Positions 35,802 to 50,678 of a DNA stretch of 64,000 nt are shown here, piece after piece. The notes under the pieces were generated by a model. That model ran no database searches. It was not told the DNA's origin and saw only the letters and a program-made list of their open reading frames with translations. Position 1 is the stretch's first letter. Each line of letters starts with the position of its first letter. Location: assembly GCA_943789245.1 (NCBI GenBank), contig CALSTK010000004.1, positions 15,758 to 79,757 on the forward strand, given 5' to 3'. Made by a program: the position numbers and the translations under genes. This DNA is from an uncultured Luminiphilus sp. (GTDB taxonomy: Bacteria; Pseudomonadota; Gammaproteobacteria; Pseudomonadales; Halieaceae).

Positions 35802-37469
35802 TTGCCCGATGCGCAAAACGTGGAGAGCACGATGGACCTTCCTGTTGGAACAAGCTACGAAGAGATATGCGACAACTTCACCTGGGATATACCCGAATAT
35901 TTCAATATCGCCGACGCGGTTTGCGATCGCTGGGCCGATGACCCAAACCTCATTGCCCTGAGCCACGAGGCCATCGACGGCTCAGTCACCCACTACTCCT
36001 TTGCGCAAATCAAACAATACGCGAACCAACTGGCTAATTTAATGGGCAGCTTGGACGTCAGTCGGGGCGATCGGGTCGTTGTCATGCTGACTCAGTCTCC
36101 CGAGTGTGCAATATCGCACCTCGCCTGCTTTAAATCGGGCATCGTTTCATGCCTGGCATCAGTGCTGTTTGGACCCGACGGTATTCAGCACCGGTTACAA
36201 GGTACTGCCGCTAAAATATGCATTACCAATGCGGCTAATCTAGCCAAAGTGCGCGCCGTGCAGTCGTCGTGCCCTGACTTGCGCCACATTATTGTCATTG
36301 ACGATGACGTCTCTGAGGGCACGCTGCCGTTTTGGCGGTCGCTGGCCGAACAGGCTGAAACTTTCCAAAACGTCAAAACGCGCAGCGAAGATACTGCGTG
36401 GATCAGCTTCACCTCAGGCACGACAGGTCAACCCAAAGGCGTCCTGATGCCTCACCGATTGCTGCTCGGGAATAAGCCCCTGTTTGAGTATTACTACGAC
36501 TATGGACCTCGGCAAGACGATCGGCTTTGGTCTCCAGCCGACTGGGCTTGGATTGCCGGACTCATCAATATTTTACTCATCGGCTGGTATTCCGGTGCGA
36601 GGGTCGTATCGACCGATATGCAAGGATTTAACGCACAGGAAGCCTTCCGAATTCTCGGTGAACACAAGATTACCGTATCGCTGTTAACACCCACTGTGCT
36701 CAAACTCATGAGGCAGATCGATAACGAGGAATCGAAAGCGCTCGACCTGCGCGTTGTGCTCAGCGGTGGCGAGGCGGTAGGTAAAGAGCTCGCGCTGTGG
36801 GCCGATGAGCGATTTGGTCTCACCATCAGTGAAGGTTTTGGACAAACAGAGTGCAACGGAATGATTGGCACTAACCCAAGGCTCATGAATGTTCGCCACG
36901 GCTCTTTGGGTAAGGCAATGCCGGGATCGGTGTGTGCCATTGTTGACGATGACGGGCAAGAGGTGGCACCGGGCGTGCCGGGCAACATTGCGATCAAAAG
37001 ACCTCACCCCGCTATGTTCTCAGGCTACCTCGATAATCCCGCAGCCACTGACGCAAAGTTTGTTAACGACTGGATGATGACGGGTGATCTTGGTGAGCAA
37101 GATGAAGACGGGTACCTCTGGTTCCATGGCAGAACTGACGATGTCATTACGAGCTCGGGCTACCGTATCGGACCCACCGAAATCGAAGACTGCCTGCTTA
37201 AAAGCCCTGCTGTGCAGCTTGCTGCAGTCATTGGTGTGCCCGACGAAACACGCACTGAGATTATCAAGGCCTTTATTGTCGTCGCTGAAGGTATTGAGGC
37301 AGATGAGGTGCTAGCAGATACACTCAAAGAGCTGGTGCGCGATCATTTAGCAAAACACGAAGTGCCTCGCTTAATTGAATTTGTTGGCAGTCTACCGATG
37401 ACCACCACTGGGAAAATAATGCGACGATCGCTGCGCGATCAAGAACTCGCCAAGGCACAAACCTCATGA
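35802..37469 (+). CDS. AMP-binding acyl-CoA synthetase (medium-chain/ACSM-like)
   Basis: 555 aa with FTSGTTGQPKGV, WMMTGD, GRTDDVITSSGYRIGPTEIE and PMTTTGKIMRR. Confidence 0.85.
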   Translation: MPDAQNVESTMDLPVGTSYEEICDNFTWDIPEYFNIADAVCDRWADDPNLIALSHEAIDGSVTHYSFAQIKQYANQLANLMGSLDVSRGDRVVVMLTQSPECAISHLACFKSGIVSCLASVLFGPDGIQHRLQGTAAKICITNAANLAKVRAVQSSCPDLRHIIVIDDDVSEGTLPFWRSLAEQAETFQNVKTRSEDTAWISFTSGTTGQPKGVLMPHRLLLGNKPLFEYYYDYGPRQDDRLWSPADWAWIAGLINILLIGWYSGARVVSTDMQGFNAQEAFRILGEHKITVSLLTPTVLKLMRQIDNEESKALDLRVVLSGGEAVGKELALWADERFGLTISEGFGQTECNGMIGTNPRLMNVRHGSLGKAMPGSVCAIVDDDGQEVAPGVPGNIAIKRPHPAMFSGYLDNPAATDAKFVNDWMMTGDLGEQDEDGYLWFHGRTDDVITSSGYRIGPTEIEDCLLKSPAVQLAAVIGVPDETRTEIIKAFIVVAEGIEADEVLADTLKELVRDHLAKHEVPRLIEFVGSLPMTTTGKIMRRSLRDQELAKAQTS

Positions 37470-37505
37470 TTAGAAATCACCCTTTTTACTGCCTCGGAGG
37501 CCCTC

Positions 37506-38627
37506 ATGTTCATTGAACCGTTCAAAGTCGAGCTATGGATGAACGAATGGGAGACTCAGTGCACCTACAATTTAGCTGAGACCTGCGTGGCCAGCATTAC
37601 CGTTGATGAGCTTCTTTCACTCTCAGGTCGCAGCGGCAAGGACCTTTCCGATCTACTGCCCATGAAACTCGGTTACGGCGACATCGTCGGCTCACCGCGG
37701 CTCCGCTCTGCCATCGCGAATCTGTACGCGGATCAACACATCGATGACATTACCATTACCCACGGGACGATCGCCGCCAATATGTTGGTGCACAAAGCAC
37801 TCGTGTCCAAGGGAGATCGTGTCGTGTCGATCGTTCCCACCTATCAACAGCACTACTCGATTCCGGCCAGCATTGAAGCCTCCGTGGCGACCTTGAATCT
37901 GCGCAAAGAGGATGATTTTCTCCCGGATCTTGATCGTCTTCGGGAGCTTGTGACGCCTGATACGAAGTTGATTGCCTTGACCAACCCCAACAACCCCACA
38001 GGCGCATTGATAGAGCGCCCCATGTTGGAAGACATCGCATCGATCGCCGACTCTGTCGGTGCCTATTTGCTCTGCGATGAAGTCTACAGAGGGACCGCTC
38101 AACAGGGTGACGGCATGGTTCCCTCTATCGTCGACTTGTATCACAAGGGCATCAGCACGGCGGGGATGTCGAAAGTTTTTTCACTTGCGGGTTTGCGTGT
38201 CGGCTGGGTCGTCGCCCCCAAAGAACTCACCGAGAACATTCTGATACACCGAGATTACGACACTATATCGGTGGGCATGATCAACGATCACTTCGCCGCC
38301 TTGGCACTGGAAAATGCCGACCAACTACTGGCGCGAAGTCAGCGCATTACACGAGAAAATCTGGCCGTACTGGACACTTGGATTCAAAATGAACCTCGGG
38401 TGAGTTGGGTGAAGCCACGCGCAGGAACCACCGCCATGCTGAAGCTGGACATTCCGGTAAGCTCGCGAGAGTTCTGTATCGACCTTGTGCAAAAAACAGG
38501 GGTCATGCTGACTCCCGGCGATGCATTTGATATGGAAGGGTATGCACGAATTGGCTTTGCTAATGAACTCGAGACAATCAAGGTCGGTCTGCAAGCGCTT
38601 TCCGCATACTTACAAACAACATTTTAG
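37506..38627 (+). CDS. class I/II PLP-dependent aminotransferase
   Basis: 373 aa with N-terminal W...E....YNLAETCV, NPNNPTG, DEVY and the SKVFSLAGLRVGW lysine motif. Confidence 0.8.
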   Translation: MFIEPFKVELWMNEWETQCTYNLAETCVASITVDELLSLSGRSGKDLSDLLPMKLGYGDIVGSPRLRSAIANLYADQHIDDITITHGTIAANMLVHKALVSKGDRVVSIVPTYQQHYSIPASIEASVATLNLRKEDDFLPDLDRLRELVTPDTKLIALTNPNNPTGALIERPMLEDIASIADSVGAYLLCDEVYRGTAQQGDGMVPSIVDLYHKGISTAGMSKVFSLAGLRVGWVVAPKELTENILIHRDYDTISVGMINDHFAALALENADQLLARSQRITRENLAVLDTWIQNEPRVSWVKPRAGTTAMLKLDIPVSSREFCIDLVQKTGVMLTPGDAFDMEGYARIGFANELETIKVGLQALSAYLQTTF

Positions 38628-38725
38628 GACGTCGACGGCTCGACCGCTGAGGCACGCCCTGTGGGCCTGCCGCTGACGGTGCTGACAGGACGGGGCTAAC
38701 ACGCCTTTTGGCGTCTCAAAAAGAC

Positions 38726-43233
<4,508 letters not shown>

Positions 43234-43569
43234 TTAGTGGCGAATAAATACCCCCAGCGTAACGCAGAGGTCAACACGACAATTCGTTAGGGATTACCCT
43301 TATGCACATCTATGCGCATCATTAGCGCCTCGAAACTATCTGATCATCGTTTTGCGAGCAATAGTCGTCCGACAGGCATGTGTTGATCAGTCTGTTCTTA
43401 CCTTTGGCTTTGGACTTGCCCTACCCCACCCCAGAGGCGCGAACAACGGCACACTAAAAACTAAACACAGACTCATACCGTATTGAAAAAGAGAGGCGAC
43501 ACATCTGTCGCAATTAGGAATACCGCACACTCACCGACCGGTGTGGTCAGCGGACACGAGACGATAACT

Positions 43570-45645
43570 ATGGACACCGACTTCAAGCAATTTACCGGCT
43601 GGAAATACGCAATAACCGCAATCGCGCTCTTTTTGCCCTGGTGCGCCGTCGCAGAGATCGAAGAACAGTACCCTCCTTTTGATGCAATGGACGTATTTGA
43701 GCTTGAGTGGGCGTCAGATCCCCGGGTTTCACCGGACGGTCAATCCATTGTTTATGTTCGACGGTCCTTTGAGATCATGAGTGATACGGGACGAGCTGAT
43801 CTTTGGGAAGTGTCCGTGGACGGAGACTTCCACCGGCCGCTCAGTGCAGGCTCAGGACGAAGTACGTCCCCTCGCTGGTCACCCGACGGTACTAAACTTG
43901 CCTTTTTTTCGCGTGACACCGGCTCCTCCCAAATTCACGTCCGGTGGATGGATACCCGCCACACAACCGTCATCTCAAAGCTGCAGCAATCACCGTCTGA
44001 TTTGGCGTGGTCACCCGATGGTCAGTGGCTGGCCTTCACCATGGAGGTGAAGAAGAAGACCAAGCCTATTGCCAAGCGACGGACTGCGCCTGAAGGTGCA
44101 CGCTGGGCAGATGCACCTGTGACTGTGACGACCACGCGCTATCAGTACGATGGTCGAGGCATTGTTGATCCAGCGCACCGACACGTGTTCGTGATACCGG
44201 CCGAGGGCGGTATTGCGCGACAGCTTACTGAAGGCGACTTTAACCACTTCGGAAAGCTTGCGTGGACCCCCGACAGTACAGAAATATTTTTCTCTGCCGA
44301 TCGATCCGAAGACTGGGAACTTAGCAGCGACGAAGCCGACATTTATGCGGTTGCTCTGGCCAACGGCCGCATCAGACCGGTCACTGATTTTCCTGGTGCC
44401 GAGCGCAATCCCGTCATGGCGCCCAACGGCAAAACACTCGCCTTTAGTTACGAGCAACGTCGACCACTGGCGTTTACTCCGAACCGAATAGCCTTGCTGG
44501 ATCTGCAAACTCAGGGCATGACAATTCTGACAGACAACCTCGATGGTGACGCCAATAACATTCTCTGGGCTGAGGACAGCAAATCGCTGTACTTTTCGTT
44601 TGATGAGCGCGGGATGCGACACATTCGAAAAATCACCCGAAGTAAAGTCGTTACAACTGTTGCGGAAGATGTCGGGGGAACAACAATCGGACGGCCCTAC
44701 CTTTCCGGCGGCTTCCACCGTGCAAACGGCGTCACTGCGTTTACTCAAGGACGTCAACATCGACCCAGTGATGTGGCGATCGTCAAAAACAAGCGACTCG
44801 AGGTCGTTACCGCGTTAAACGATGACCTTCTCGATTATCGCGCTTTGGGCAAGGTCACCGAAGTCACCTATCAATCGTCATTCGACGGCCAAGAGATTCA
44901 GGGGTGGTATGTCACGCCACCGGACTTCGATCCGACTAAAAAGTACCCACTCATTTTGGAAATTCACGGCGGCCCTCACCTCGCATACGGACCCCACTTT
45001 TCAGCCGAATTACAGCTGATGGCAGCCGCCGGCTACGTCGTTTTTTACAATAACTATCGCGGGAGCCTGTCCTACGGTGAGGACTTCGCACTCTTGCTGC
45101 AATACAAGTACTCAAGTGTCGAGGACTTTGCTGACCACATGTCGGGAATTGACGTCCTGATTGAGAAGGGCTTCGTCGACAAAGACAACTTGTTTATCGC
45201 AGGCGGAAGCGCGGGTGGCATAGCCACTGCCTACGCGGTTGGACTGACTGACCGCTTCAACGCAGCCGTTGCAGCCAAACCCGTCATTAACTGGATCAGC
45301 AAAACACTCACCGCTGACTCCATGGTCGGACAGATCTATCACCAGTTCCCAGGCCCACCGTGGGAGCACTTCGAGCATTACTGGAAACGTTCACCGCTCT
45401 CATTGGTGGGCAATGTCGTTACACCCACCCTGTTGCTCACCGGTGAAGAAGATCGGCGGACACCCATGTCAGAGACTGAGCAATTCTACCAAGCACTGCG
45501 ACTGCGCGGCGTCGACTCAGCGATGGTGCGACTGCCGGGCGCGTCCCACGGCATTGCGAGCAAACCCTCGCGACTGATCACAAAAGTCGATCATATTCTC
45601 GCCTGGTTTGAGCGCTACAAAGGCCGTCAAAGCACCCGAGATTAA
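43570..45645 (+). CDS. S9-family serine peptidase (acylaminoacyl-peptidase / prolyl oligopeptidase type) with an N-terminal beta-propeller
   Basis: TolB/WD40-like repeats (SPRWSPDG, LAWSPDG, LAWTPDS, MAPNGK). Catalytic domain with GGSAGG, plus the remaining triad residues inferred near D...H in GASHGI. The ATG at 43570 gives a signal-like N-terminus. Confidence 0.85.
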   Translation: MDTDFKQFTGWKYAITAIALFLPWCAVAEIEEQYPPFDAMDVFELEWASDPRVSPDGQSIVYVRRSFEIMSDTGRADLWEVSVDGDFHRPLSAGSGRSTSPRWSPDGTKLAFFSRDTGSSQIHVRWMDTRHTTVISKLQQSPSDLAWSPDGQWLAFTMEVKKKTKPIAKRRTAPEGARWADAPVTVTTTRYQYDGRGIVDPAHRHVFVIPAEGGIARQLTEGDFNHFGKLAWTPDSTEIFFSADRSEDWELSSDEADIYAVALANGRIRPVTDFPGAERNPVMAPNGKTLAFSYEQRRPLAFTPNRIALLDLQTQGMTILTDNLDGDANNILWAEDSKSLYFSFDERGMRHIRKITRSKVVTTVAEDVGGTTIGRPYLSGGFHRANGVTAFTQGRQHRPSDVAIVKNKRLEVVTALNDDLLDYRALGKVTEVTYQSSFDGQEIQGWYVTPPDFDPTKKYPLILEIHGGPHLAYGPHFSAELQLMAAAGYVVFYNNYRGSLSYGEDFALLLQYKYSSVEDFADHMSGIDVLIEKGFVDKDNLFIAGGSAGGIATAYAVGLTDRFNAAVAAKPVINWISKTLTADSMVGQIYHQFPGPPWEHFEHYWKRSPLSLVGNVVTPTLLLTGEEDRRTPMSETEQFYQALRLRGVDSAMVRLPGASHGIASKPSRLITKVDHILAWFERYKGRQSTRD

Positions 45646-45706
45646 TCGGAGGCCTGCATTAGCAATGACAGGGGCCTGGGTGACCCCCTCGTTAAGTCCA
45701 ACGCGC

Positions 45707-45725
45707 GCCGGGCGCGAAGCCCGGC
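45707..45725. terminator. GC-rich hairpin between convergent genes (possible bidirectional terminator)
   Basis: GCCGGGC-gcgaa-GCCCGGC, a perfect 7-bp stem. The flanking U-tracts are weak. Confidence 0.4.
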
Positions 45726-45731
45726 ATCGTG

Positions 45732-47264
45732 TCACGAACCGGCGGCAAGGCCCTGTAAGACTTCAGCGTACATCTCGATCGCGTCGAACAGATTTTTCAG
45801 TCTTAAGTTTTCATCCTTTCCGTGCTGATTGTTGTCGTGATTGGCAATCGGAAGAATCACAATCGGTGCCTCTAAATTATCCTCAAACAGGTAGATCGGC
45901 AGCGACCCTCCCATGGTCGGGGTAATTAACGTCTCTTGATCACCTAAACGATCCAGAATGACCTTCAATTCCGAGACAACCTCAGCGTCGATCTTTGTAC
46001 GGAACGATCGGTACCCGCCTGGACGCGCGACCATCTGAAGATGGGTTTCACGAGGGGCGCTTGTTGTCGGGCCCTCTCCAGAGACCGTCATTCCCAGACT
46101 CTCGAAGTGACGTTTCAATGCTGCGAGCAGGACTGCAGGTTGTTGCCCGGGCACCAATCTTAGGTTCAATGAGGCATCGGCTGTCGGTTCGATAATATTG
46201 CGTGACTCGGCACCCACGCCACCGCCGCTAAGTCCCTTGACGACAATGGCCGGACGCATAATAGAAGACTCTAAACGCTCGTCAGCCACTTCGTTACTGC
46301 CCAGTCCCAGTTCAGATCGAAGCGTGGCATCAACGGCAGGCATTGCCGCAATGGCCGACCTCTCCAAGCCGGATACGGGACGAATATCATCCAAAAAACC
46401 CTCAACAACAACGCGACCTGAGTCATCCTTGAGTGACATCAATAATTTCATCAATATTTCGTTGGGATTAGGCGCCCAGTTACCGTAATGCCCAGAATGC
46501 AGCGGTCGGTTCGGCCCAAACGTCGTAAGATCAACGGTCATACTCCCTCGAACACCCAACACAAGTTGGCGACGACCCGACTGATGCATAGGGCCGTCGC
46601 AAAACAGCATCACATCAGCCTCCAGGTCGTCCGCGACTTGTTCGAGAACGCCCGCAAGCGTTGGACTGCCTCGCTCCTCTTCACCGTCGAGTAGCAGTTT
46701 AATCGTGATGTCCGGCATGGCGTTTGCCGCAACCAGCGCGTCGATCGCCGCCATGAGCGCAATAACAGGCCCTTTGTCGTCGCCTGCCGCCCGCGCCACA
46801 ATTCGCCAGTTTGGATCGAACTTATCCTGATCCCAGGGCAAGACTTTCGCCTTCGGGTTTAACGGATTGGACGTCCATAACGTCGGCTCAAATGGGGGCG
46901 ATGACCACTGACTGGGAATAACCGGTTGTCCATCGAAGTGCGCGTAGATGAGAACGGTGGGCGCGTCTTTTGACCCTCGACGCTCAGACACAACGTAAGG
47001 AGCGCCGCCTGCTAAAACAATTTTTGACACAAATCCGCGTTTAGCGACGTAGCCCTCGATGAACCGCGCATTGTCCATCATGTCCTCTACGTTACTGGCA
47101 ACATTGGGAAAGCTCAGGAACGTGCGGAAATCTGAAATAATACGGTGGGTGTTTTTCGCGTGGTAATCGCGCGCAATCGTCGCACCCTCTTGAGCGGACG
47201 CTCGGGCGCTTAAACTGACACAGGCAATGACACAAACTGCAGTGGCGACACGTATTAACTTCAT
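45732..47264 (-). CDS. M20-family metallopeptidase (secreted dipeptidase/carboxypeptidase-like)
   Basis: AHFDGQP, RAAGDDKGP and LLDGEEERGSP metal-ligand motifs. Signal peptide MKLIRVATAVCVIACVSLSARASA from the ATG at 47264. Confidence 0.8.
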   Translation of the reverse strand: MKLIRVATAVCVIACVSLSARASAQEGATIARDYHAKNTHRIISDFRTFLSFPNVASNVEDMMDNARFIEGYVAKRGFVSKIVLAGGAPYVVSERRGSKDAPTVLIYAHFDGQPVIPSQWSSPPFEPTLWTSNPLNPKAKVLPWDQDKFDPNWRIVARAAGDDKGPVIALMAAIDALVAANAMPDITIKLLLDGEEERGSPTLAGVLEQVADDLEADVMLFCDGPMHQSGRRQLVLGVRGSMTVDLTTFGPNRPLHSGHYGNWAPNPNEILMKLLMSLKDDSGRVVVEGFLDDIRPVSGLERSAIAAMPAVDATLRSELGLGSNEVADERLESSIMRPAIVVKGLSGGGVGAESRNIIEPTADASLNLRLVPGQQPAVLLAALKRHFESLGMTVSGEGPTTSAPRETHLQMVARPGGYRSFRTKIDAEVVSELKVILDRLGDQETLITPTMGGSLPIYLFEDNLEAPIVILPIANHDNNQHGKDENLRLKNLFDAIEMYAEVLQGLAAGS

Positions 47265-47429
47265 CGAATGAACCCCGTTCCTTGGAGGACTAACCCTACC
47301 GCTTAACAGTACGATTCCCAAGGCATTCAGAATTAAGCCCGCACCGGTTTACAGCCTACCCTTGGTTCGTTGAACATAAGAATAGCGCGAGCTCCTCGCG
47401 AGCCACACTGCATGGTTAGACAATAAAGA

Positions 47430-48431
47430 GTGCTGTTTATGACGTCGTCGAGTTCTATCCCACTGATTGACCTTAAGGATTCAGACGACACAGTCTTGCC
47501 CGTTCTGGAACGCGCACTGACAGAGATCGGTTTCGTCATGGTGCAAGGTCACAGTGTGCCAGAGCACCTCGTACGGAAAATGCGGCAACAATTGGAAACC
47601 TATTTTTCGCGGCCACTTAGCGAAAAGCTGGCGGACTGTATTACGCCTGACAACTATCGCGGTTACATACCCCTTGGATTTTTTTCGCCCAACAGCCACG
47701 GGGCTACGCGAGACCAATACGAGGGATACAAACTTCACAATGAGACAGCGCCAGATGATCCTATCTGTTCGGTCTGTGATCTCTACGGACCCAATCGATG
47801 GCCGCCCATGCCCGCTCAGTTACAGGAAACAACGCAGGCGTATTGGGAGGCTTGCGAGACAACAAGCCGGCATTTGCTTCGGCTGATTGCAAAGATCTTG
47901 GACGTCGAGGTCGACACGTTTCTCAGCCTGTTTGACCAGCCGCTGACCAACATGACACTGCTCCATTACCCTCCCCAAAACGAGGGCGATACCGGCTTTG
48001 GCATTCATCCGCACAAAGACACCGACGCACTCACGCTGCTCTTCCCAGACGATGTGGGTGGGCTTTGGCTGCGTCCACATGACGACAGTGAATGGCTGGA
48101 AGTCCGAGCGCCATACCACTCCATGGTGGTCAATATTGGCGACCTCTTAGAGCTGTGGTCTGGCGGTCACTTCGTCTCTACACCCCATAAGGTTGTGAAT
48201 ACCTCGGGGAAAGAGCGCTATAGCTTCCCGTTCTTTGTCGTACCGCGACACGATGTTGTCGTCTCACCACTCATTGCCTGCCAGCCCGGGTTTCAGCGCC
48301 AACCAGTCCCCGTTGGCACGGTCTCCCGAGAGGTCTGGCGCACCAATTGGCCCAACGCTGTCGCTGATGAGACCGGTTTTGATCTGGGCACTCTGGCCGA
48401 TCACTCGGTTGATTGTTCGAGAGACAGGTAA
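47430..48431 (+). CDS. 2-oxoglutarate/Fe(II)-dependent oxygenase (isopenicillin-N-synthase-like family)
   Basis: 333 aa with IPLIDL at the N-terminus and GIHPHKDTDALTLL...STPHKV (HxD...H facial triad) followed by RYSFPFF. Confidence 0.8.
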   Translation: MLFMTSSSSIPLIDLKDSDDTVLPVLERALTEIGFVMVQGHSVPEHLVRKMRQQLETYFSRPLSEKLADCITPDNYRGYIPLGFFSPNSHGATRDQYEGYKLHNETAPDDPICSVCDLYGPNRWPPMPAQLQETTQAYWEACETTSRHLLRLIAKILDVEVDTFLSLFDQPLTNMTLLHYPPQNEGDTGFGIHPHKDTDALTLLFPDDVGGLWLRPHDDSEWLEVRAPYHSMVVNIGDLLELWSGGHFVSTPHKVVNTSGKERYSFPFFVVPRHDVVVSPLIACQPGFQRQPVPVGTVSREVWRTNWPNAVADETGFDLGTLADHSVDCSRDR

Positions 48432-48475
48432 CCGCTGGGCCAAGCGGACTCCTGCGTTTAACGACTGGGGATGGG

Positions 48476-50281
48476 TTAGCGCCCCCTCAGCCAGAAATAA
48501 ACATAAAACGGCGCGAGTATCAGTAATGTGATTAAAGTAATCAGCAGCGGCTCTCGCAGTCCGCCCCGTACTGTATTCAGGACAAGCTGCTTCATGTACC
48601 CGTAACCCGGAGGTATAGGAAGTACTTTATTGTCTACCGTGTATCGTTGGTAGGCCGAAAGCATGGTCTGCAATCGCTCTGGCGACTCATGTGATAAGTC
48701 ACGTGTCTCTCCTGGGTCCCGCTTAATGTTAAAGAGCCGCCAGCGCGCGTCTCCCAGTGGCCTGCGGTTTAAAACGATTTTGTAGTCCCCTTGAAACAAT
48801 GCCGCATTACCCGCGAGCTCGTAACCCACCGCATCGTTTTCTGAGTAAATACGATCAACATCACCCCGTAATAAGGGCGCGAGATTCTTCCCAATCATCG
48901 GCTCTACAGGGCGACCTGCGTACCGCTTTCCGGGTGCATTGACGCCAGTGAGTGATAAAATAGTGGGGGTAATATCGGTGACAAACGAGAAGGCGTCACT
49001 CAAAACACCCTGCCGAGGAAGCGACGCACCCGCCACAATCATCGGTACGCGCATTCCACCCTCTCCAACGTAAAACTTGTAGTCCGCGAGCGGGCTAACG
49101 GCGGCGCTAGTAAAGCTTGGACTGATCGAGTTGTAACTCCCCTTGAGCCCAAGAGTCTCATAATCACTGTTGTATCCCAGTGAGCTCAGCTGCCGTTGCG
49201 TGGCAAAATTGTCCGGATTACTCGGTCCAGACGCCTCGGCTCCGTTGTCAGAGGTAAAGATAAATAGGGTGTTTTCAAACAGCCCTTGCGCTTTGAGATG
49301 CCGAACCAGTCGCCCGATGTGATGATCCATCGCTTCAACCATGCCGGCGTACACGGCCATTCGCTTGGCCTCGTAGCGCTGTCGTTCACCATTCAACGCG
49401 CTCCAGTCACCGGTCGTCTTCATGTCCACCAAGTCGATACCTGACGGCACTACGCCCAGCGCGACGGCACGCTGGTAGCGCTGCTGGCGAATCGCTGTCC
49501 AGCCGTCATCGTAGACGTCCATGTAGGGATCAATAAACTTCTGGGGCGCCTGCACCGGTATGTGCACAGCCTGAAAAGGGAGGTAGGCAAAAAATGGGCG
49601 ACCGTCTTCAGCGTTGCTGTCTATGAACTCAATGGTCTTGTCGACTAAGAACCGAGACGAATAGAAGTCTTCGGGTAGCTGGTAAACCTCCCCGTCTGCG
49701 AACCAATGAGCAGTCTTATATATAGGAATATAAGGCCGCTGTTCCCAGTTGTCGGCCCCGGAGTCCGCGAGCGCAACTGTCCGCTCAAAGCCTCTCTCGC
49801 TCGGCAAAAAGCCCGCGTCAGTACCCAAATGCCACTTGCCGGCCATGTAAGTGTGATATCCCGCATCCTCCAGCAAGGTCGCAACCGTGACCACGTTGCG
49901 ACCCAGCACGCCCTGATAATGCGCCGTTTGTTGTTGCTCGGGTGCGAGCATTTCAGGAATATTGGGCACACCGGCCAGGTGAGCGTCCACACCCGTTAAT
50001 AGCATGGCCCGTGCCGGCGCACAGTTAGCGGCCGTGTGGTAGTTGGTGAAACTGACGCCCAGTTCCGCGAGGGCCGACAGGCTGGGCGTATTAATCTCAC
50101 TGCCGTATGACGCAATGTCTGAAAAACCCAGATCATCAGCCAAAATCAAAACAACATTGGGCGGGTCATTTTTTCCTGGCTGATCGCGAACCGGATCTGT
50201 GATTTGGGCAGTTAACGCATTTGATGCCAGTGCAGACGCAATCAAGAGATTGCTCATCAACGCAAGGCACAGGGTACGCAT
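48476..50281 (-). CDS. arylsulfatase (type I sulfatase) with a C-terminal hydrophobic anchor
   Basis: LILADDLGFSD, the formylglycine motif CAPARAMLLTG (C-x-P-x-R) and GKWHLG. Signal peptide from the ATG at 50281, which has a GGAGAG RBS. The last ~25 aa (LLITLITLLILAPFYVYFWLRGR) are hydrophobic. Confidence 0.9.
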   Translation of the reverse strand: MRTLCLALMSNLLIASALASNALTAQITDPVRDQPGKNDPPNVVLILADDLGFSDIASYGSEINTPSLSALAELGVSFTNYHTAANCAPARAMLLTGVDAHLAGVPNIPEMLAPEQQQTAHYQGVLGRNVVTVATLLEDAGYHTYMAGKWHLGTDAGFLPSERGFERTVALADSGADNWEQRPYIPIYKTAHWFADGEVYQLPEDFYSSRFLVDKTIEFIDSNAEDGRPFFAYLPFQAVHIPVQAPQKFIDPYMDVYDDGWTAIRQQRYQRAVALGVVPSGIDLVDMKTTGDWSALNGERQRYEAKRMAVYAGMVEAMDHHIGRLVRHLKAQGLFENTLFIFTSDNGAEASGPSNPDNFATQRQLSSLGYNSDYETLGLKGSYNSISPSFTSAAVSPLADYKFYVGEGGMRVPMIVAGASLPRQGVLSDAFSFVTDITPTILSLTGVNAPGKRYAGRPVEPMIGKNLAPLLRGDVDRIYSENDAVGYELAGNAALFQGDYKIVLNRRPLGDARWRLFNIKRDPGETRDLSHESPERLQTMLSAYQRYTVDNKVLPIPPGYGYMKQLVLNTVRGGLREPLLITLITLLILAPFYVYFWLRGR

Positions 50282-50294
50282 TGTCTCTCCGTAA

Positions 50295-50678
50295 CTAAGC
50301 ACGATCGGGTAAACGACGAGAAGCAACCAACAGTATCAGCGCAACGACAATCTCCGGCGTAATAAGATTTATCGGCAGGGCCGCATCGTGTATGAGCCAA
50401 GCCAGTACTCGACTCAGCGCTGTCAATGACAGCAGGATCATTGGTGGGTAGTACCAAAATCGACGCTGAGTCACCAGCGCAGTAAGAATACAAATGCCCA
50501 GTAGCAGAAAAAACGCGGCCATATCGCCGATCTGTGAACTCAGACCGACACCACTCTGAAGCGTGAGTCCAAACTCAGGGGCAATGCCTCGAGGGGCCAG
50601 TAACCAGCGCAAACCCATGACCAAGAACAACACCCCAGGCAACAACACTAGGAGTCTGAGAATTGCATTCATAATCAC
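50295..50678 (-). CDS. small four-TM membrane protein (DUF4345-like)
   Basis: 127 aa with four hydrophobic helices. It is translationally coupled to the upstream gene by a 4-nt overlap. Confidence 0.45.
   Translation of the reverse strand: MIMNAILRLLVLLPGVLFLVMGLRWLLAPRGIAPEFGLTLQSGVGLSSQIGDMAAFFLLLGICILTALVTQRRFWYYPPMILLSLTALSRVLAWLIHDAALPINLITPEIVVALILLVASRRLPDRA

Noticed and set aside
34886-37469. DMSP demethylation genes dmdD/dmdB (crotonase plus acyl-CoA ligase)
   Set aside because: Only the family-level folds match. No dmdA or dmdC lies nearby, and I recall no diagnostic residues that would support the assignment. It is left as generic crotonase and ligase.
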